Numbered from the whole stretch's first letter, positions 36,993-50,570 are shown. The stretch: 59,732 nt of DNA, filler included, from Sphacelaria rigidula (GCA_964200075.2; 5 parts of 5 records of this genome joined end to end with filler, not necessarily neighbours in it), one strand, 5' to 3'. Translations and numbers: made by a program. The notes: generated by a model from the letters alone, not told the origin.

Positions 36993-39619
36993 AAATAGGA
37001 TATATAATGTGGCTGTTGGAACAAGAAATGGTGGCGCACTTCTCGGTTCGGGGCGCAGCGCTGCGCGCTGCACGCGGGGTGGGCACCTCTAAAACACGTC
37101 CCAGCGCCTCAGCCCCACGCCCTACGTCTTCGGGCAGCACGTCTATTTTTGTTTTCGACAAATGGCAACAGGCTTAGCAAGGGCGCGGAAAAGGCGAGCT
37201 TGTTAAACCACCCTGCTTTGTGAACAAAACAGCATGGTACACCCGACTCTCAGCAACAAATACAGGAGTATATGGTACCCAATTTTGTTCATTTGCGTAC
37301 CCTTTTATATCCACGCACAACCCCCTTTTTGTTCACTGGTGAACCCACCGCGGGCTCCGCAGAGGATTAAGCCCCAAACATGCCCTAATTTGTTAGATTA
37401 CATCTGGCCGAGAGGGTCGAGAAGGCTGAGAAGGTCGAGAAGACCTAACGACCAAGAAATATTAGCTGGAAATTGGTTGCTCCGCAGCCCTGAAAGATTC
37501 GATGATGTGTGCAGGGCGCGAGCGCTCATGTACGGGAGATCATATCCCAAGATGAGTGAACAGTCTGGCCGTCACACGCTCGCACATCAACTGGGAGATC
37601 GGAGGGTGGCGGGATTTGAGGTTTGTGGAGAGGTCCGATCGTTGCGATATGCAGCTTTAGCGACCGGGTCGCAGTAAGCACGAATCGGGATACTCATAAT
37701 CGGATGTACTGCTGAGGAAATGTGATACGAATGGTTCGGATAATCGAGAGGGGCAAAGCACCACGTGCCGCACCGCAGGGCAATTATATCGGTGTCCCTT
37801 GCGAACGATGTTATCTAGCCGCGCGGCAGCGCCGCTGGCCCGTCATCAAACCGCAAACTATCCACCCCGGTCAGGAAAGGAGGTCCACGGGTGGCCGCTG
37901 GTACACGATATGCGCATTTTAGAGCATCTCCAAGTTATGGTACGTTATGGATGGGTTTAAAGACGTGCGAGTATAATAAAATCGGGTTGAGATCGCACGC
38001 GTTGTCGCACCGATTAATCGGTGTAAATCCGACTGCATCGTTGGATATGTGTTTCAAAACCCGACTCAAGCCGTACGCATGCTGTTCAACTTGCGGATAA
38101 CCCCAACCGAAGACACTCTGAGAACCCTCGGGCAAGGGACTTGCAAACAGTACCCCGCGCAAGATGTGAGTTGGCAGACCTCAAACGGGCGCCCGTGGTA
38201 CCGACTTGAACAAAAACAGGTTCTACGCACGCTAGGAACCACTCGGGACTGTCATTCCCCTCCAAAGATCTGAATCTCGGTGTCCACACTCAAACCAAGT
38301 AATATCAGCGGTAGATAGAATGGCTCTGAACTGGGGGAAATCTGACCGCATTCAAAGCGCCGAAACAATGCGCCGAAACAAAATCCATGCGTGTAGCCTG
38401 CGGGCGGATACATCCTCCTTTAAGTTTAGGGGTCTGCTTCGCAGGGATAAAGAGAGTCTAGTGTGTGTATGCTGTTAGGTGAACGCGTTTTCACATATGG
38501 ACGACCAAATCAGATTTCCCCTTCCGGTTCTATGCTTCGGGAAGTTGGCACATGGTACAGCCTTTATTTGCATGGATAGGCACAGCAGCGACAGAGAAAC
38601 AACACACAATACGCATGCGTACATGGTAGTTACTCGCATTCTTTAGTAGCGTGAGCTGTCAATAGTGCATGACTTGCACGAAGCCAAGGACTTAACCGTG
38701 AGTTACCGGTGCAAGCAAAAAGGGAACGGTCCGTCCTTGTGGTGACCGGAGTTTTGTGCCATGAGCCATTTATCAGGGCACATTTGAGGTCCCCTTGTTG
38801 AGACGTCCACCTGCAGGGATAACGGGATGCTGAATAGCAAGCAACACTTGTGAGGAGCACGGACATGGTTCCACTGCGGTGTGGCCCGTCGTGCTTTGCT
38901 CCTCTCGATAATCTGAAACATTTTTATTACACTTCATCAGCAATACACCCGATGATGCCTACTCCGATCTGTACTTTACTGCAATCCGGTCGATAATACA
39001 GCTGCACATGGTGACGATTCGTCCTGATCCACAAACCTCAGATTTCCCTACGCCCTGACCCTCCACATGATGACGTACCGGCGTGTGTGACGGAAATCTT
39101 TTACACTCATCTTCGGATCTTTATTACCTACTGCACATGAGCGTTCGCGCCTGCACACATCGTCACGTGTTTTGGGTCTGCGAAGCAACGAGCAGCCGGC
39201 CAAAGTTTTCTTTGTCGTTGGGGGCTTCGGCCTTCTCGGCAAGGTGTACTTTGACAAAATGGGGGCATGTTTGGGACTGTCCATCGTATCCTTTCCGGAG
39301 CTCGCAGTAGCGTCATCAGCGAACAAAGAAGGGTTTGCACATGTACATGAAGGATACGAAAATGGAAAAAAATAGGGTATCATATCATCTGTCAGCTGAG
39401 AATCGGGTGTACCCTGATGGCTCGTTGACAAAATAGAGTGCTCCAAAAACCTCACCTCTTCTTCGCCCTAGTTGGGCATGTTGCCCAAAGACGTTGGGCG
39501 TGGGGCTGAGGCGCTGGAACGTGTTTCAGAGGCGCCCAGCCCGCGTGCAGGACTGCGCCCCGAACCGAGAAGTGTGTCACCCTTTTTTTCTTCCAAAAAC
39601 CACAGGGTATACCCTATTA
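36993..39619. mobile_element. ~2.6-kb non-coding element with ~800-bp imperfect TIRs (Foldback/Mutator-like)
   Basis: 36993-37140 is inverted at 39472-39619. gtacacccgactctcagc (37237) pairs with gctgagaatcgggtgtac (39395). 37735-37780 pairs with 38870-38920. Confidence 0.8.
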
Positions 39620-39881
39620 TATCCAATTCCGTTTATTTTCTCTTGTTTCAAGTTTTGACGTTGCGGTAAATTTGGTTTGAATAGGTCCGATGCATGTACA
39701 TGCATAGCTCTGCTCAGCGTTTATGTTGTTACTGTTTTTCCCAGGATTCCCAGGATTGCGAGAAATGAAAAACTCTAACCGGTCAGATGTGTCCACCCGT
39801 TGCATGGGTATCATCTTGACGTTAACATGGAGTACCCGACTGAGTTATCCATCTCCGAGCGCTCGAAGGCTGAAAACGTTG

Positions 39882-40344
39882 AGAACCCAGAAGCGCGTTG
39901 CAGTGGGTAGTACTACACCGGTCGAGGACAACAACAGCACACACGGATGACTCACTACATGTGCCGTGGTGAGACAGACGGCTGGGGCAAGGAGACATGG
40001 ACTGGGCGGAGATTAAGTAGGAGGCTCCGAGCAGTACAGTGCTAGAACAAACAGCAACTCACCGTGCACGGGTGTGGGAGATGTCGGCCGCAGCTAGCAG
40101 CTTCATGTTGCGCGCCGCGACGCTGCTCGCTGCGGCCGACGTCTCCCACACCCTGGCACGGTGAGTTGCTGTTTTTTCTATCAATAGCACTACACTGTTC
40201 AAAGCCTCCAACTTGATCTCCGTCCGGATCATGTCTCCTTGCCGCAGCCGTCTCACGAGGGTACGTGTAGTGAACTGTCTGTATGGCGCGGTTGTTGCGC
40301 TCGACCGGTGAGGTGCTGCACACGGCAACTCGCTTCTGGGTTCT
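39882..40344. repeat. ~460-bp foldback with near-perfect inner stem
   Basis: aaacagcaactcaccgtgc...cggccgcagc pairs with gctgcggccg...gcacggtgagttgctgttt. Outer ends agaacccagaagcg / cgcttctgggttct. Confidence 0.9.
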
Positions 40345-41441
40345 TCACATAAAAAATATAATTTGAGTTCGCCCCATCCTGCAACCTCAAAATACCGAGA
40401 CAAAGACATTGAACACTGAACATTGAATCAAGGTTTCTTGAGAGCGTGCCTTTTATGCCTCGGTAGGCCAAAAAATGAAAAATAACACAAGTGATGGCAC
40501 AAGAGAAGTTTCACCCACTCGCGCGGCACAGCCTTTTGCCGTGGTTAATGGAAGAGGATACACACATTTGTTTTTGGCATGAGCGTAGATATGCACCATT
40601 CTACTCTGTGGCTGACATGGTCTTGTTGCACACGCATGGCCGCATGTACATGTGGTCAACACATGCACAGTACTGTACATTTGGCCATGCATGCACGAAG
40701 TTGTAAAGTACTGAGCACGATGACCCATAAACGAACACACTCACAGCTAGCGCGATCACCGCCGCTGTTTTGCTTTTCTGGGAGATCCGCGACAATAGCG
40801 TACTCTAGGCCGCGATTTATGCATGACTAACTGTGACGCTCGGCTTGTGCATCGCAACGGCCTCTTCCATTCAGGCATTATTTTTTCATCCAAAACAACC
40901 ACTCCGAACCTTCCCCCTCCCCCCGAACACCTGTACATTCATTGTACAGCGAGGGATCGAGCTGTTGAGGGGGTTGAGGGGTGTGAAATACGCTGTACCC
41001 TGTAGATTGATGGATTATGTGAGTGTTATTGTGTGGCGCGCTATCAGGAGCATGTGGGGGAATAATTTCGGTTGGGTCTGTGGAATTCAAAATCGTTAAT
41101 ATTAGCTCACAATAGGGAAGTCGATGGGAGGACTAACACTATTGCGGGTCACCGTCGCGCCGGGTACACCCCATTTTTGCTCGCCCTCATCTCCTAGTAG
41201 TAGTAGCGACAGAAGTAGTATTAGTATTATGGTACTAATAGTGCTTGTACTGGTAGTACTACTACTATTTCTTGTTCTCCGCCCTATTCCCCTCCCTGCT
41301 GCCTTGTTCGAAAGATTAAGTATTATTGAAAAGGGGACGGCGCTCCACCGTACTGTACTATACTGTAATGCATATCGCAACGGTCGGATGCTGCGCGCCC
41401 GATTTGTTGTTGACATTTGCGCCACTGCTCCGTGAATACAG

Positions 41442-41541
41442 GTCAAAGAGGACAGTGATGGCCGGCGCCACTAGGGCAAGGGCGATTGCAGAAGAGGCGC
41501 GACGGCGTTCGAGGGAGGCAAGGCGCCAGACACGCGTTCGG
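41442..41541 (+). CDS. Possible upstream exon of the hydrolase gene
   Basis: tacag| ... cgg|gtaaga; SKRTVMAGATRARAIAEEARRRSREARRQTRVR. Ends in phase 0, compatible with the exon at 43349. Confidence 0.35.
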
Positions 41542-43348
41542 GTAAGAGGAGAATATCGCCCACCGATTCCCGTTGGCCTCCAGTTATAGGTATTCTAAGT
41601 TTGAATGAAAACCTTGTGAACTTCGATAGATGAGATATCGAGTTGCGGCTATTCCTGTACCAGTGCAGGTACAGGATGGATACGATACGGCAGCGGTTCT
41701 TGTACTGGCGCCTCGAATCTGGCTTGCTGTATTGTCAGACTGCCCAGTCCACTTCTCGCCTTCCGGTCCATGACTTTGACGTCGCCCTTCTCATCCCCTT
41801 CCTCTTCATCCTCTCCCCGCTCCCCCTCAGTGATCAAACGACTAAGGCAAGCAACAGATGAGTACGACCCCCCCCCCCTACTCCCCCTCGGAATGACAAG
41901 CGTCATCTCCATGGCCGGCCGCCGCATTGGCGTATCCTGGGCGTTTTTATAAGTACATATTTTGCGGCGGGTCGCACTACGGCATGACAGCACACTCCAT
42001 CTTCCCTGCCGCCCTGTCCGTAGGGTACTGTTAGTGCACAAATTCGTATGGTATGACGAGAACAAACTGCAGTTTCGTTGAAGTAATCGGGTCCTCAAAC
42101 TGATGTTGTCGTGTTGGAGGGGGGCGTCTTCGCCCTGGTTTCGCCGTCTGGATGCTGAGATAGATATTTTGACTGTGCAGCAGGATTTGGGTGCAGGCAC
42201 CGGAACACACTTATTTCAACACAAACATGGTGATTTCGTGGTTTGAGCACCGGCAGTATTGATGCAGCGCTCCCTTCACGAGTGCTTCAGTAGGCACGGT
42301 ACGGCTCTCGCACCGGTGACTGATGCGTGCTGGGCACGGTGCGTTCGGTGCACGAAGGGAGGGCTCCAATACCTCCAACATCTCCACCTCCTCCTTTCCT
42401 GGTGAAGCAGCAAAATTCCCTGACTATCCGTTTTTCGCACGTGATGTAGCGGACAGGCGTAGCATTGTAGTACGAAGTGACTCACCTTCAATCAACAGTT
42501 TCAAAAATATGCTCTTGGACTGCGCCATTGTTGAGGTGTGTTCTCATGATGCCTTAACTGTTAACGCGACTGACAGGGCAGGCAACCCATGACTCTCGGT
42601 TCGGCAATGAAAGGGCGCCGGACCACTGCGGGCGCGGTGCGGTCAATAGTCACCTCTTGAAAAATTCCGATTGCGAGGTTTCAGAAAAATTCACGCTTCA
42701 CCCCCCCCCCTCAAAATCGTGAAAAATTCACGCAAGTGCTGTTGGCTCCTCATGTCCGTGAATTCCCATGTTTCCCGCTACGATATCCCTGCCGTCAGAA
42801 ATGGCCGTCAGCGTAGGCCGTTGATTTGTCTGAATCTTGGTGGGTATAATGCGCGGAGACGGGGTGATACTCAATTCACGAACATTGGAGCATTCATTCC
42901 CACTTGTATGAAACCAACGTTTGAGCGCGCACTCATATTTGGTTGTGTTTTCATGCATTACATACAGACAATATTGCCGACAAGATGAAATCACACAGTC
43001 AAAGTCCCTGGAGCAAACTGCAACCGCCCACAGGGTAGTGAATGCCACAATTGAAAAGGGGGTGGGCATGGCGGCATGGATGCCACCATTTTGTTACCGC
43101 CAGGTGCCACAGTAATGAAATCGCCGCGCAACCTGCTAGTGTCGCCTTATCTATATATTGCCGAGAGTTGGGCTCACCCGTTCACTATGGTCTTGTGTTC
43201 GTTGACGTGTTGGCGACCTGAAGGCAATTAATCAGCCGTTAGCTTGTTCGGTGATGTACGTGGCAAACTACCAGCACAAAGCACCGCAATTGCCCTAGAT
43301 CGCTCGCTCAACCGCCCCTCTCGTCCCCTACCATGATGGTGCAATCAG

Positions 43349-43615
43349 GGGGATGAAAACGGGACAACCAAGAACCGCGCACGTTCCCAACGCCGAGCAC
43401 CTGGGCAAGGCGCGGACATGATGACAGCCGAGAGTGGCGAGGACGGCTCCGCCGCCTCCATCACCGCCACCGCGGCAATAAGAAGGGAAACAAATAACGA
43501 AAAGACAAGGAGAGTCAGGGAGATTTTAGACGCGTACCTGCTCAAGGCGCCTCCAGCGGCGCAGTGGCCGCCGTCGCGGAGGATGCGGGTGCGCGGCGTG
43601 GATATACATTACAAG
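43349..43615 (+). CDS. alpha/beta-fold hydrolase, exon A
   Basis: caatcag| GDENG...RMRVRGVDIHYK |gtgagc, phase 0. Confidence 0.7.
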
Positions 43616-44741
43616 GTGAGCTATGCTCCAGAGTTCCACCTGTGCATGTCTTCAACAAATGTGCAAAAAAATGCGTTAGCCGTATAGTCGAAGGGGTAGA
43701 GTACGCCCCCTTTCTCCCCTACCCCCTGTGCTTGCTTCCCAGGCAGTGGCTCGAACAGTCGTGGCGTACTGTAGTCATTTTAAACGCCGTTGTTTTGTGG
43801 TTTGTACAAGCGTCTTTTGAACAACAGCGTACTGTAAAAGGCCGGCTTGACAAAACAAAAGGAAAAAGGAAAAGGCGACGGAACAAGAAAAAACATGGTC
43901 CGTCTGCGAGAGTGTGTGGACGACCTCGCGTGCATGCACCGAGTCTATTCTACTTCGTGTGTTGTTATTTTTCAAACACTATACCGCCAGAGTCTGATGA
44001 AATATACCTCTACCCCCCGTTGTTTGGCAGCATGTCTTCACTCCTTCCTTCCCCCTTGGCGACTTGATCTTTTTGTTCGTTGTCAAGTCATGGTCATCAT
44101 CGTCATCCTGGAGCAGTCGAGTTTTTGGTCGATCCTCTTGAGCATTCTATACTACACCTCAGTTGTTGTTCCAACATGCTTTCGACAGCTTGTTTCATGT
44201 GAACAGTAGTAGGTCGATGGTCTGTCTCTGCGTACTACAGAATCATGCACTCTGTTGAGCAAATCAAACGCGTACGATCTCCCGTTGTGGAGCATCCCCT
44301 GCCCACAGAGTATGCCCCTCCAGTGGTTTGAAAGTCGGAGCTACCGATATACAGTACGAGTATATCTTGATCTTAATTGATGTAGATTTGTTGCTTGCAG
44401 GAGTCACCCAGATGTCTGAAGTTTGCCTGACGCCTGAGCATGCCATAATGATACGTGTGACTTACTCATGCTATGGTATTTATCCGCAGCTATGTCGTGT
44501 ACTTTACTGAGCAGTGCCAAAGGTGTATTTATCCCCGTTGTTGAATGAAGGCTCTTGGTCCCTTGCGTATGCCATGTCTGTATCTTGCTTGATTTACTGT
44601 TCGGTCGATTGATGGATCAGTTCATTGATGAATTGTGGTACGTGAACTGATGTCCACGATAGACTGTATCAAGGTATACAGTAGACTGCATGCAAACTGG
44701 GCGAATATTGTAATTTGTGTATTTTTCACGCCCTGGACAAT

Positions 44742-44954
44742 TATGGAGAGTTTCGGAAAACGCTTTTTTGTCATTTCTGAGTGTAAATATCTCGGGATCA
44801 GAATGTAACGAAAAACTATTTCCCCCTCCGTCAAATGTGGTTATCCCCTCAAATTTTTTTCTAGGAGGTTTTTTATTTCATTTTGCACTTTGATTCTGAG
44901 TGAGATATTCGCACTCGGAAATCACAAAAAAGCGTTTTCCGAAACTATCTAATA
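44742..44954. mobile_element. Intronic TA-flanked foldback MITE
   Basis: tatggagagtttcggaaaacgcttttttgt ... acaaaaaagcgttttccgaaactatctaata. Confidence 0.75.
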
Positions 44955-45855
44955 GATGACATTCTCAACAAATGTACTGTGAAATAGACGATGTCATGGA
45001 AATAGACGCAATAGCCGATACTGTACGCAGTACACTTGTAGAAAATGCCATCCATTGTCCAGGGTGTGTGTGTATGTGTGTGTGCTTTCCGATTTTTCGG
45101 GTGCCACCGCTCACCACGGTGAACGAGGCAGAGTTTGGGGAGCGGGAGATATTAGCCCCCGCTTCATATTCCGAAAAGAAACCATTTTTGCCCTAAACAT
45201 TGAATGTCTTACGGGGTGACCTGTTCTCGGGGGTCCTGCGACTACACAGCGCCAAGTTTTGACTATTCGGTATTTCTCTCGATTGAACCATGCTCGATCG
45301 TTCTCGTGAATAAACAAGAAAAAACTAAAATTCTTACCTTTCCATCGAGCTAGGGTCGAAAAACTGTGTTTTTATTCGGTCCAGTGACGGTCAACAACAC
45401 CCTGCTGATGAACGAGCTCTTTACTCTGTATCACCCCGACGACACCAACCTGGGAATCGTCGCCTGAGCACGACCATTTCCCCCCCCCCCCCCATAATCT
45501 ATTATTAACTCCAGCACTGTCGAGTACTTGAGGAATAACAATGCGCGAGAAATTTTAAAAGAAAAAATGCCAAAATTTGAAAATCTTCCCGGTTTGCATG
45601 CGGATTACTATAAACAGAACGAAAACAGTTGCTAAAGGAAACTCGACAAAGAGGGGAATATGAATGGCTCAAAGGGAGAAAACTGAGTAAAAACGAGAGA
45701 CGAACAAAACAGCAACAAATAGAGGACAGGGAGAAGTGAAAAAATCTTTCGTTTTATGGTATTCCTTCCCCCTTGCCGCCCCTCCGCCCGCCTGCCCGCC
45801 CCCCCAACCGGCCCACGAACTGTCGATTCTTACTCGTGGTACTGTATCGACCCAG

Positions 45856-45954
45856 GACACTGGCAGGCGGGGCGCGAAGCGCGGCGGCAGGACGGATCGA
45901 CCGACGCTTGTTATGTTGCATGGCCTGGCAGGATCTACGGCTAGTTGGGATGAG
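45856..45954 (+). CDS. alpha/beta-fold hydrolase, exon B (oxyanion HG motif)
   Basis: acccag| DTGRRGAKRGGRTDRPTLVMLHGLAGSTASWDE |gtgcgc, phase 0 at both ends. Confidence 0.85.
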
Positions 45955-46213
45955 GTGCGCTTCTCATGCGATACTGTGTACAGGGTACTACTCGCGTTGT
46001 CTAATCGTTAGTTTGTGGAAAATGCATAATCTTTTCGTTGAAATTGTGTCACGGGAAGCCTTTTCACGTCATTGGACGGTATGTCTCTACTCTGTATAGT
46101 TTTATCTTGGCGTTTCGCCGGACGCTTTTTTTTTCAATACTTATACTTGGAATCCGTCAACTCGCCTTGTATGCTATGTCCAGGTACGAACCAAACTGTA
46201 CAAAAAAATCTCT

Positions 46214-46428
46214 TTCATACGGTACATACGGTACGAACAATGTGGTACCAATTGAAGGGTACCACAAACAAGGTTGTACTACTGCTGTTACTATTATATA
46301 ATAAGTGTCTGGCTTGACCCTCCTTCATACGGTACATACGGTACAAACAATGGGGTACCAATTTAAGGGTAATTTTCCACTAACAAGCTTGTACTACTGC
46401 TGTTACTATAATAAATGTCTGGCTTGAC
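46214..46428. repeat. Intronic tandem duplication, ~110-bp period
   Basis: ttcatacggtacatacggtac...gtctggcttgac occurs twice. Confidence 0.9.
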
Positions 46429-46576
46429 TCGTGCCGCCTTGCAAGATAATCTTAATCTTTTAACGATCAAATCGGCGTTCTACTTGCATGCCAGATAAGT
46501 CTCTCATAATTCAGCTGTCTGTGTGTATATATATATACATATATGACTCGTTTCGCAAATTATGCATCGAGAGCAG

Positions 46577-46755
46577 GTGATCGACGACCTCGCCGACTAC
46601 GGACGAGTGATCAGTTTCGATCGACCGGGCTTCGGCAAAACGGAGAGAGTCATGCCTCCCGGTGGCCTACCCTGGCGGCTATGCCCGCAGACGATGGGAG
46701 AGAATCCGTACTCGGCCGCCTTCGCCGCTAAGGTTCTCTTCGGCATTCTCGACAG
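46577..46755 (+). CDS. alpha/beta-fold hydrolase, exon C; gene continues beyond the contig end
   Basis: gagcag| VIDDLADYGRVISFDRPGFGKTERV...NPYSAAFAAKVLFGILD |gtgaga. DxPGFGxT/S motif typical of Abhydrolase_1/6. Confidence 0.9.
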
Positions 46756-46874
46756 GTGAGACCGCGCACTACTGCACGCTTTCCGTTCCCCTCGCCTTTC
46801 CTTTTATTTCCGTCATATTTCCACTCCCCTCACCCCCCTACCCCCCCCGTTTCGGTGCCCCGTTTCGAAAGGGA

Positions 46875-47116
46875 TGCGACACTTTCTACGATAGCTCCCC
46901 CCCCACAACTCTACACGTGAATTGAAATAAAAAAAGCCAAGCACAACGAGCAGCTGGCAATCCCCACGCTTGGGTTCATTTTCGCCAATGTCATCCAAAT
47001 GAGGCGCTTCATGCAGCCCGAAACCAAAAATCGGGCCCTGTATGGCCAGTTTCTTCGTGATAGTTTTGAGCTGTTTTTTTTTGGAGGGGGGGCTCTCGTA
47101 GGAAGAGTTATTGCGT
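46875..47116. mobile_element. MITE family A, copy 2
   Basis: tgcgacactttctacgatagctccccc ... gggggctctcgtaggaagag. Internal sequence homologous to 2260-2400. Confidence 0.7.
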
Positions 47117-50116
47117 GGGTTCAATGCTCAGATGACTAAGGTAAGCAAAAAATGAGTACGCTTCCCCCCCCCCCCTCCCCCCATTTATTCGGGAAGAGTC
47201 CGTAGTCTCGAGTGATCAATCCATCTCTTCCCCGATACTTGCCGTTTCACTGTTCAGTCGAGCGTCGGATGATATTCTCGAAGCCAGCCGGCTTTTGTCG
47301 AATTCCGGTAGGTCTGCTCAATCCGCGTCGTCACGTTCTTGGACGGGCAGGAATTAAAAAAACAAAACGATACGCATATGTATCACCTACTACTGCATGC
47401 ACTATCGGGATTCGAACTCACCGGATCCGCGTAAGTTTCATCATAGCATTGACGTACCAGTTTCAAAGTCCCGGGCGCGGCGGAACACTGCGTTACGCTA
47501 CGCTACACCGAACTATCCTGCAGCGAAAATAATCTTAACTCGGTTAATTCACAAAAAAAAAGAAGCAGGAAGATGCTGTGTACTACGACTTTGCGCACGT
47601 TTGTTTGTACTAATGAGTACACGTACATTATCTTGTTCGTTTTTTCGTTGGGTTCATTTCTCCTTTTCATCTTCTTGTCTCCGTCTCGTTCCCCCCCCCC
47701 CGCCCCCTTTGTGCTCCGTCCCGGCTTTGTAGGGGCGGACCCCCGATGGGGTTGGCGTCGCTTGGCGNNNNNNNNNNNNNNNNNNNNNNNNNNNNNNNNN
47801 NNNNNNNNNNNTTAATTAATTAANNNNNNNNNNNNNNNNNNNNNNNNNNNNNNNNNNNNNNNNNNNNCACTGCTCAATTGATAGCCATGCAACGGTGCAC
47901 GGGCTTCGACTGTCTTGGAACCCTTCAAGGCAGTGTTAGCATATCCAGGGAACCCACACCACATGGTTAAACCCGCGGTGGCCACCGCTGATTCGTGCAT
48001 GTGATGTGTGTGACCTGGTCGAGCGAAAACAATGGTTGACATAAAATTGTTGGGTACTTCTGCGATGAATTACCGGTCATTGTTGATTTCTAATTGTGGA
48101 TTTGTACCAACTAATGAGAAATGAACTCAGAAGTAGAAAATAAACAGGCAGGTGGCGGCGCTTAAGTTTTGGGCTAAGCAACGCGTCCTGGGTCACCCCA
48201 CTGGATGCTATATAAATTTCCGGAACTTGTAGAACGTTCCCAAAAGGTTGTCAAGTTGTGAGGTGAGCATCAGTGCTGTGTGAGTACCGCCCTGGCGGGG
48301 TTCAGCCGCGGCACCAGGTCCACTCATGTGTACTCATGTCTACCGTTTTGTGAATGGGCCGGTGCATGTGATTGAAAGTGTGCCAGGTCAGGTGGGTCAG
48401 ACGGTAAATCAGTTGTCGCCTTGGGGGCGGAGCAGGCGACCGCACGAACCCAGTTGTGATTGACAGACTTGCCAACATAGTCCAAAATGACGCGAAGCTT
48501 CTAAGTGCCTTTTTGTCAACAGCTTATATTCTTGCTCCGCATTTTCCAGGGCCTTCGTGGATGCGCGTATCGCGCGTTCTAGTTTGCTCTGTTCTGGCTT
48601 TTTCTCGGGTGGACATCAACATTACGGGGGGCCTGCGCGGCCTCCTGGACCCCTGGAAAACTTGCACGTTGACCCGCCTCGAGGCGAGCAAATTCCAAGT
48701 CTGTCCACGCACGGTTTATCTGTTCGAGACTGTTGTTTCGAAGCTGGTGCCGGCACTCAGTTTGTTCAGTCACCGAAACATTGTACCAATGACGCGGGGG
48801 AATGAAGGCTGGGCGGTTTTGCCGAAGCCGGTCGTGTGTTTCGTCACGCGTGGGCAGAGACTGTTCCGATTTGGGTGGCATATCAAAAGCCAGAGTGGGG
48901 CGATCAGAGGGTTCAGCACCGGTTTGGGTGCGGAGGTCATCGTCAGGAAAGGTTTTAGTAGCATCAGGGCTCACTTGGAGGGATGCCATCTGAGAATGAA
49001 AAGTGGGAACACCATCAGCGTTTTGGTGGCTGGTTGGTGTAGAGGTATGTTCACTGAGGGAGGGGGGGTGAGCATGGGGAGGAGAACTACGGTCCTCATC
49101 GAAATCTTCGGCCACATTCCTGAAAATATGCCCTGCAAGAACGCTATCATCGACATCGAAACGTCCCGGATTGTTGTTGGCAACCGTCTCATTACGCATG
49201 GGTGATCGTACGGTTGTTTTACCACTGTCTGTAGGGAGCGCACCCTCCTTCGTGACGTCGTGCTCCGATGAAGTCGAATGGGCGGTTGATATCAGACACG
49301 GTTGAAAAGTGAATGTTTCGTCGTGGGAGACAGCGTAGTTGTTGAGGACTGAAGCGGGGTGAACAAAAATAAAGACGAACAGAGTGGCAGGGTACTGTCG
49401 ACAGTCGATTGACATGTATTTCCGCGCACTCCGCACATGAATGAGGTCTACCACCTTGTCAATGAGGTGCAGACAAAAGGGAAACAAATATGTCCAAGGC
49501 ACACAACAAACCGTAGGTGTGTGTGTGTGTGTTGAAATATACTCTAACAGCAAGAGGCAAGAAAACGAAGGTTGTCCCAATCAACAGGCATACGGTGACT
49601 GTCACCAGCGCAACAGCGCATTAATAAACCTGCATGCCACGAAGGAATAGACGTGTGGGATGCAGCGAACAGCAACGTCAAACCGCTCAGTTCTATTTTG
49701 AGAACACGTTGAGGCTGAGAAAAAAAAATACCTACCGGATGCCGTGTTTCCAGAGGTAATACCAGCGCAGCTGGCGATACTTATTACAGTACCGCGCAGT
49801 TCGCTGAAAATAGCCGAGTCGGGGGTCGATGACGTATCATCGTGCAGGTAAACAGTCAATGAATGTGCAAGCGCAACCGTGATACAAATATGTAGTTCAG
49901 TACAACAGCAGCGTACACAGCACCAGATAGAAAAATGCTGTGTGGCACAGTACAGCACATATGATCTTCGCGTGGTGCAGGGAGTTGGTCGGCGGTGCAG
50001 TACGATGTCAATTTCTTCATATGACATGAAGAAAACCCGACACAACGTTATACCCGCGTCGTGTTCATATCTACAATACAATATAGATGACTTCGTTCAG
50101 ATAGTGCAGCAGTACT

Positions 50117-50570
50117 GTTACAGATTTATTGGTCATTGTCCAGTCGATTAGGTTCCCATGTGTCATACTTTGTCATGCTTGGTACCTGATGGGTCATACT
50201 CTATTGTGTGACCGGATTGAGCAGCCCGCCCCCCCGTGTGATAGCGTTTTGGACTATGCATCTTAACTAGCAAAGCACAAGTTAGCCTGTACGCCAATAA
50301 TACAAGAGCATCTACGCCATCACGGACTGCTATCTCAGAGGATTCTCTGGTCTTCAAAAATGTAAGCCTGACCTTCATGCAACATATGTTGTTCTGGCGT
50401 CTGAGCGGCTCATCGGGTCTGCAGCCCGACGCTGCGAACATGACTGGCTTTGCACTCAGTAAAGTTGAGCTCGATGGCTTCGATACTCATGATTGTGTTT
50501 GAGCCCGCTAGCCCAGGTGCCCACTGAACTGGCACTTTCCTACCTAGGTGGTGAGTATCGTACCATGACA
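50117..50570 (-). repeat. Dispersed ~450-bp repeat, copy 1
   Basis: Collinear with 56165-56616. Both end on the minus strand at ccAATAAAtctgtaac. Confidence 0.85.

Noticed and set aside
40059-40409. Minus-strand exon with a GTGAGT donor
   Set aside because: The sequence is explained by the 39882-40344 hairpin, and the donor-like motif is mirrored on both arms.
48456-49580. 333-aa (-) and 249-aa (+) ORFs as genes
   Set aside because: No recognisable domain or splice support. Possibly a decayed gag-like region, but this cannot be supported by eye.
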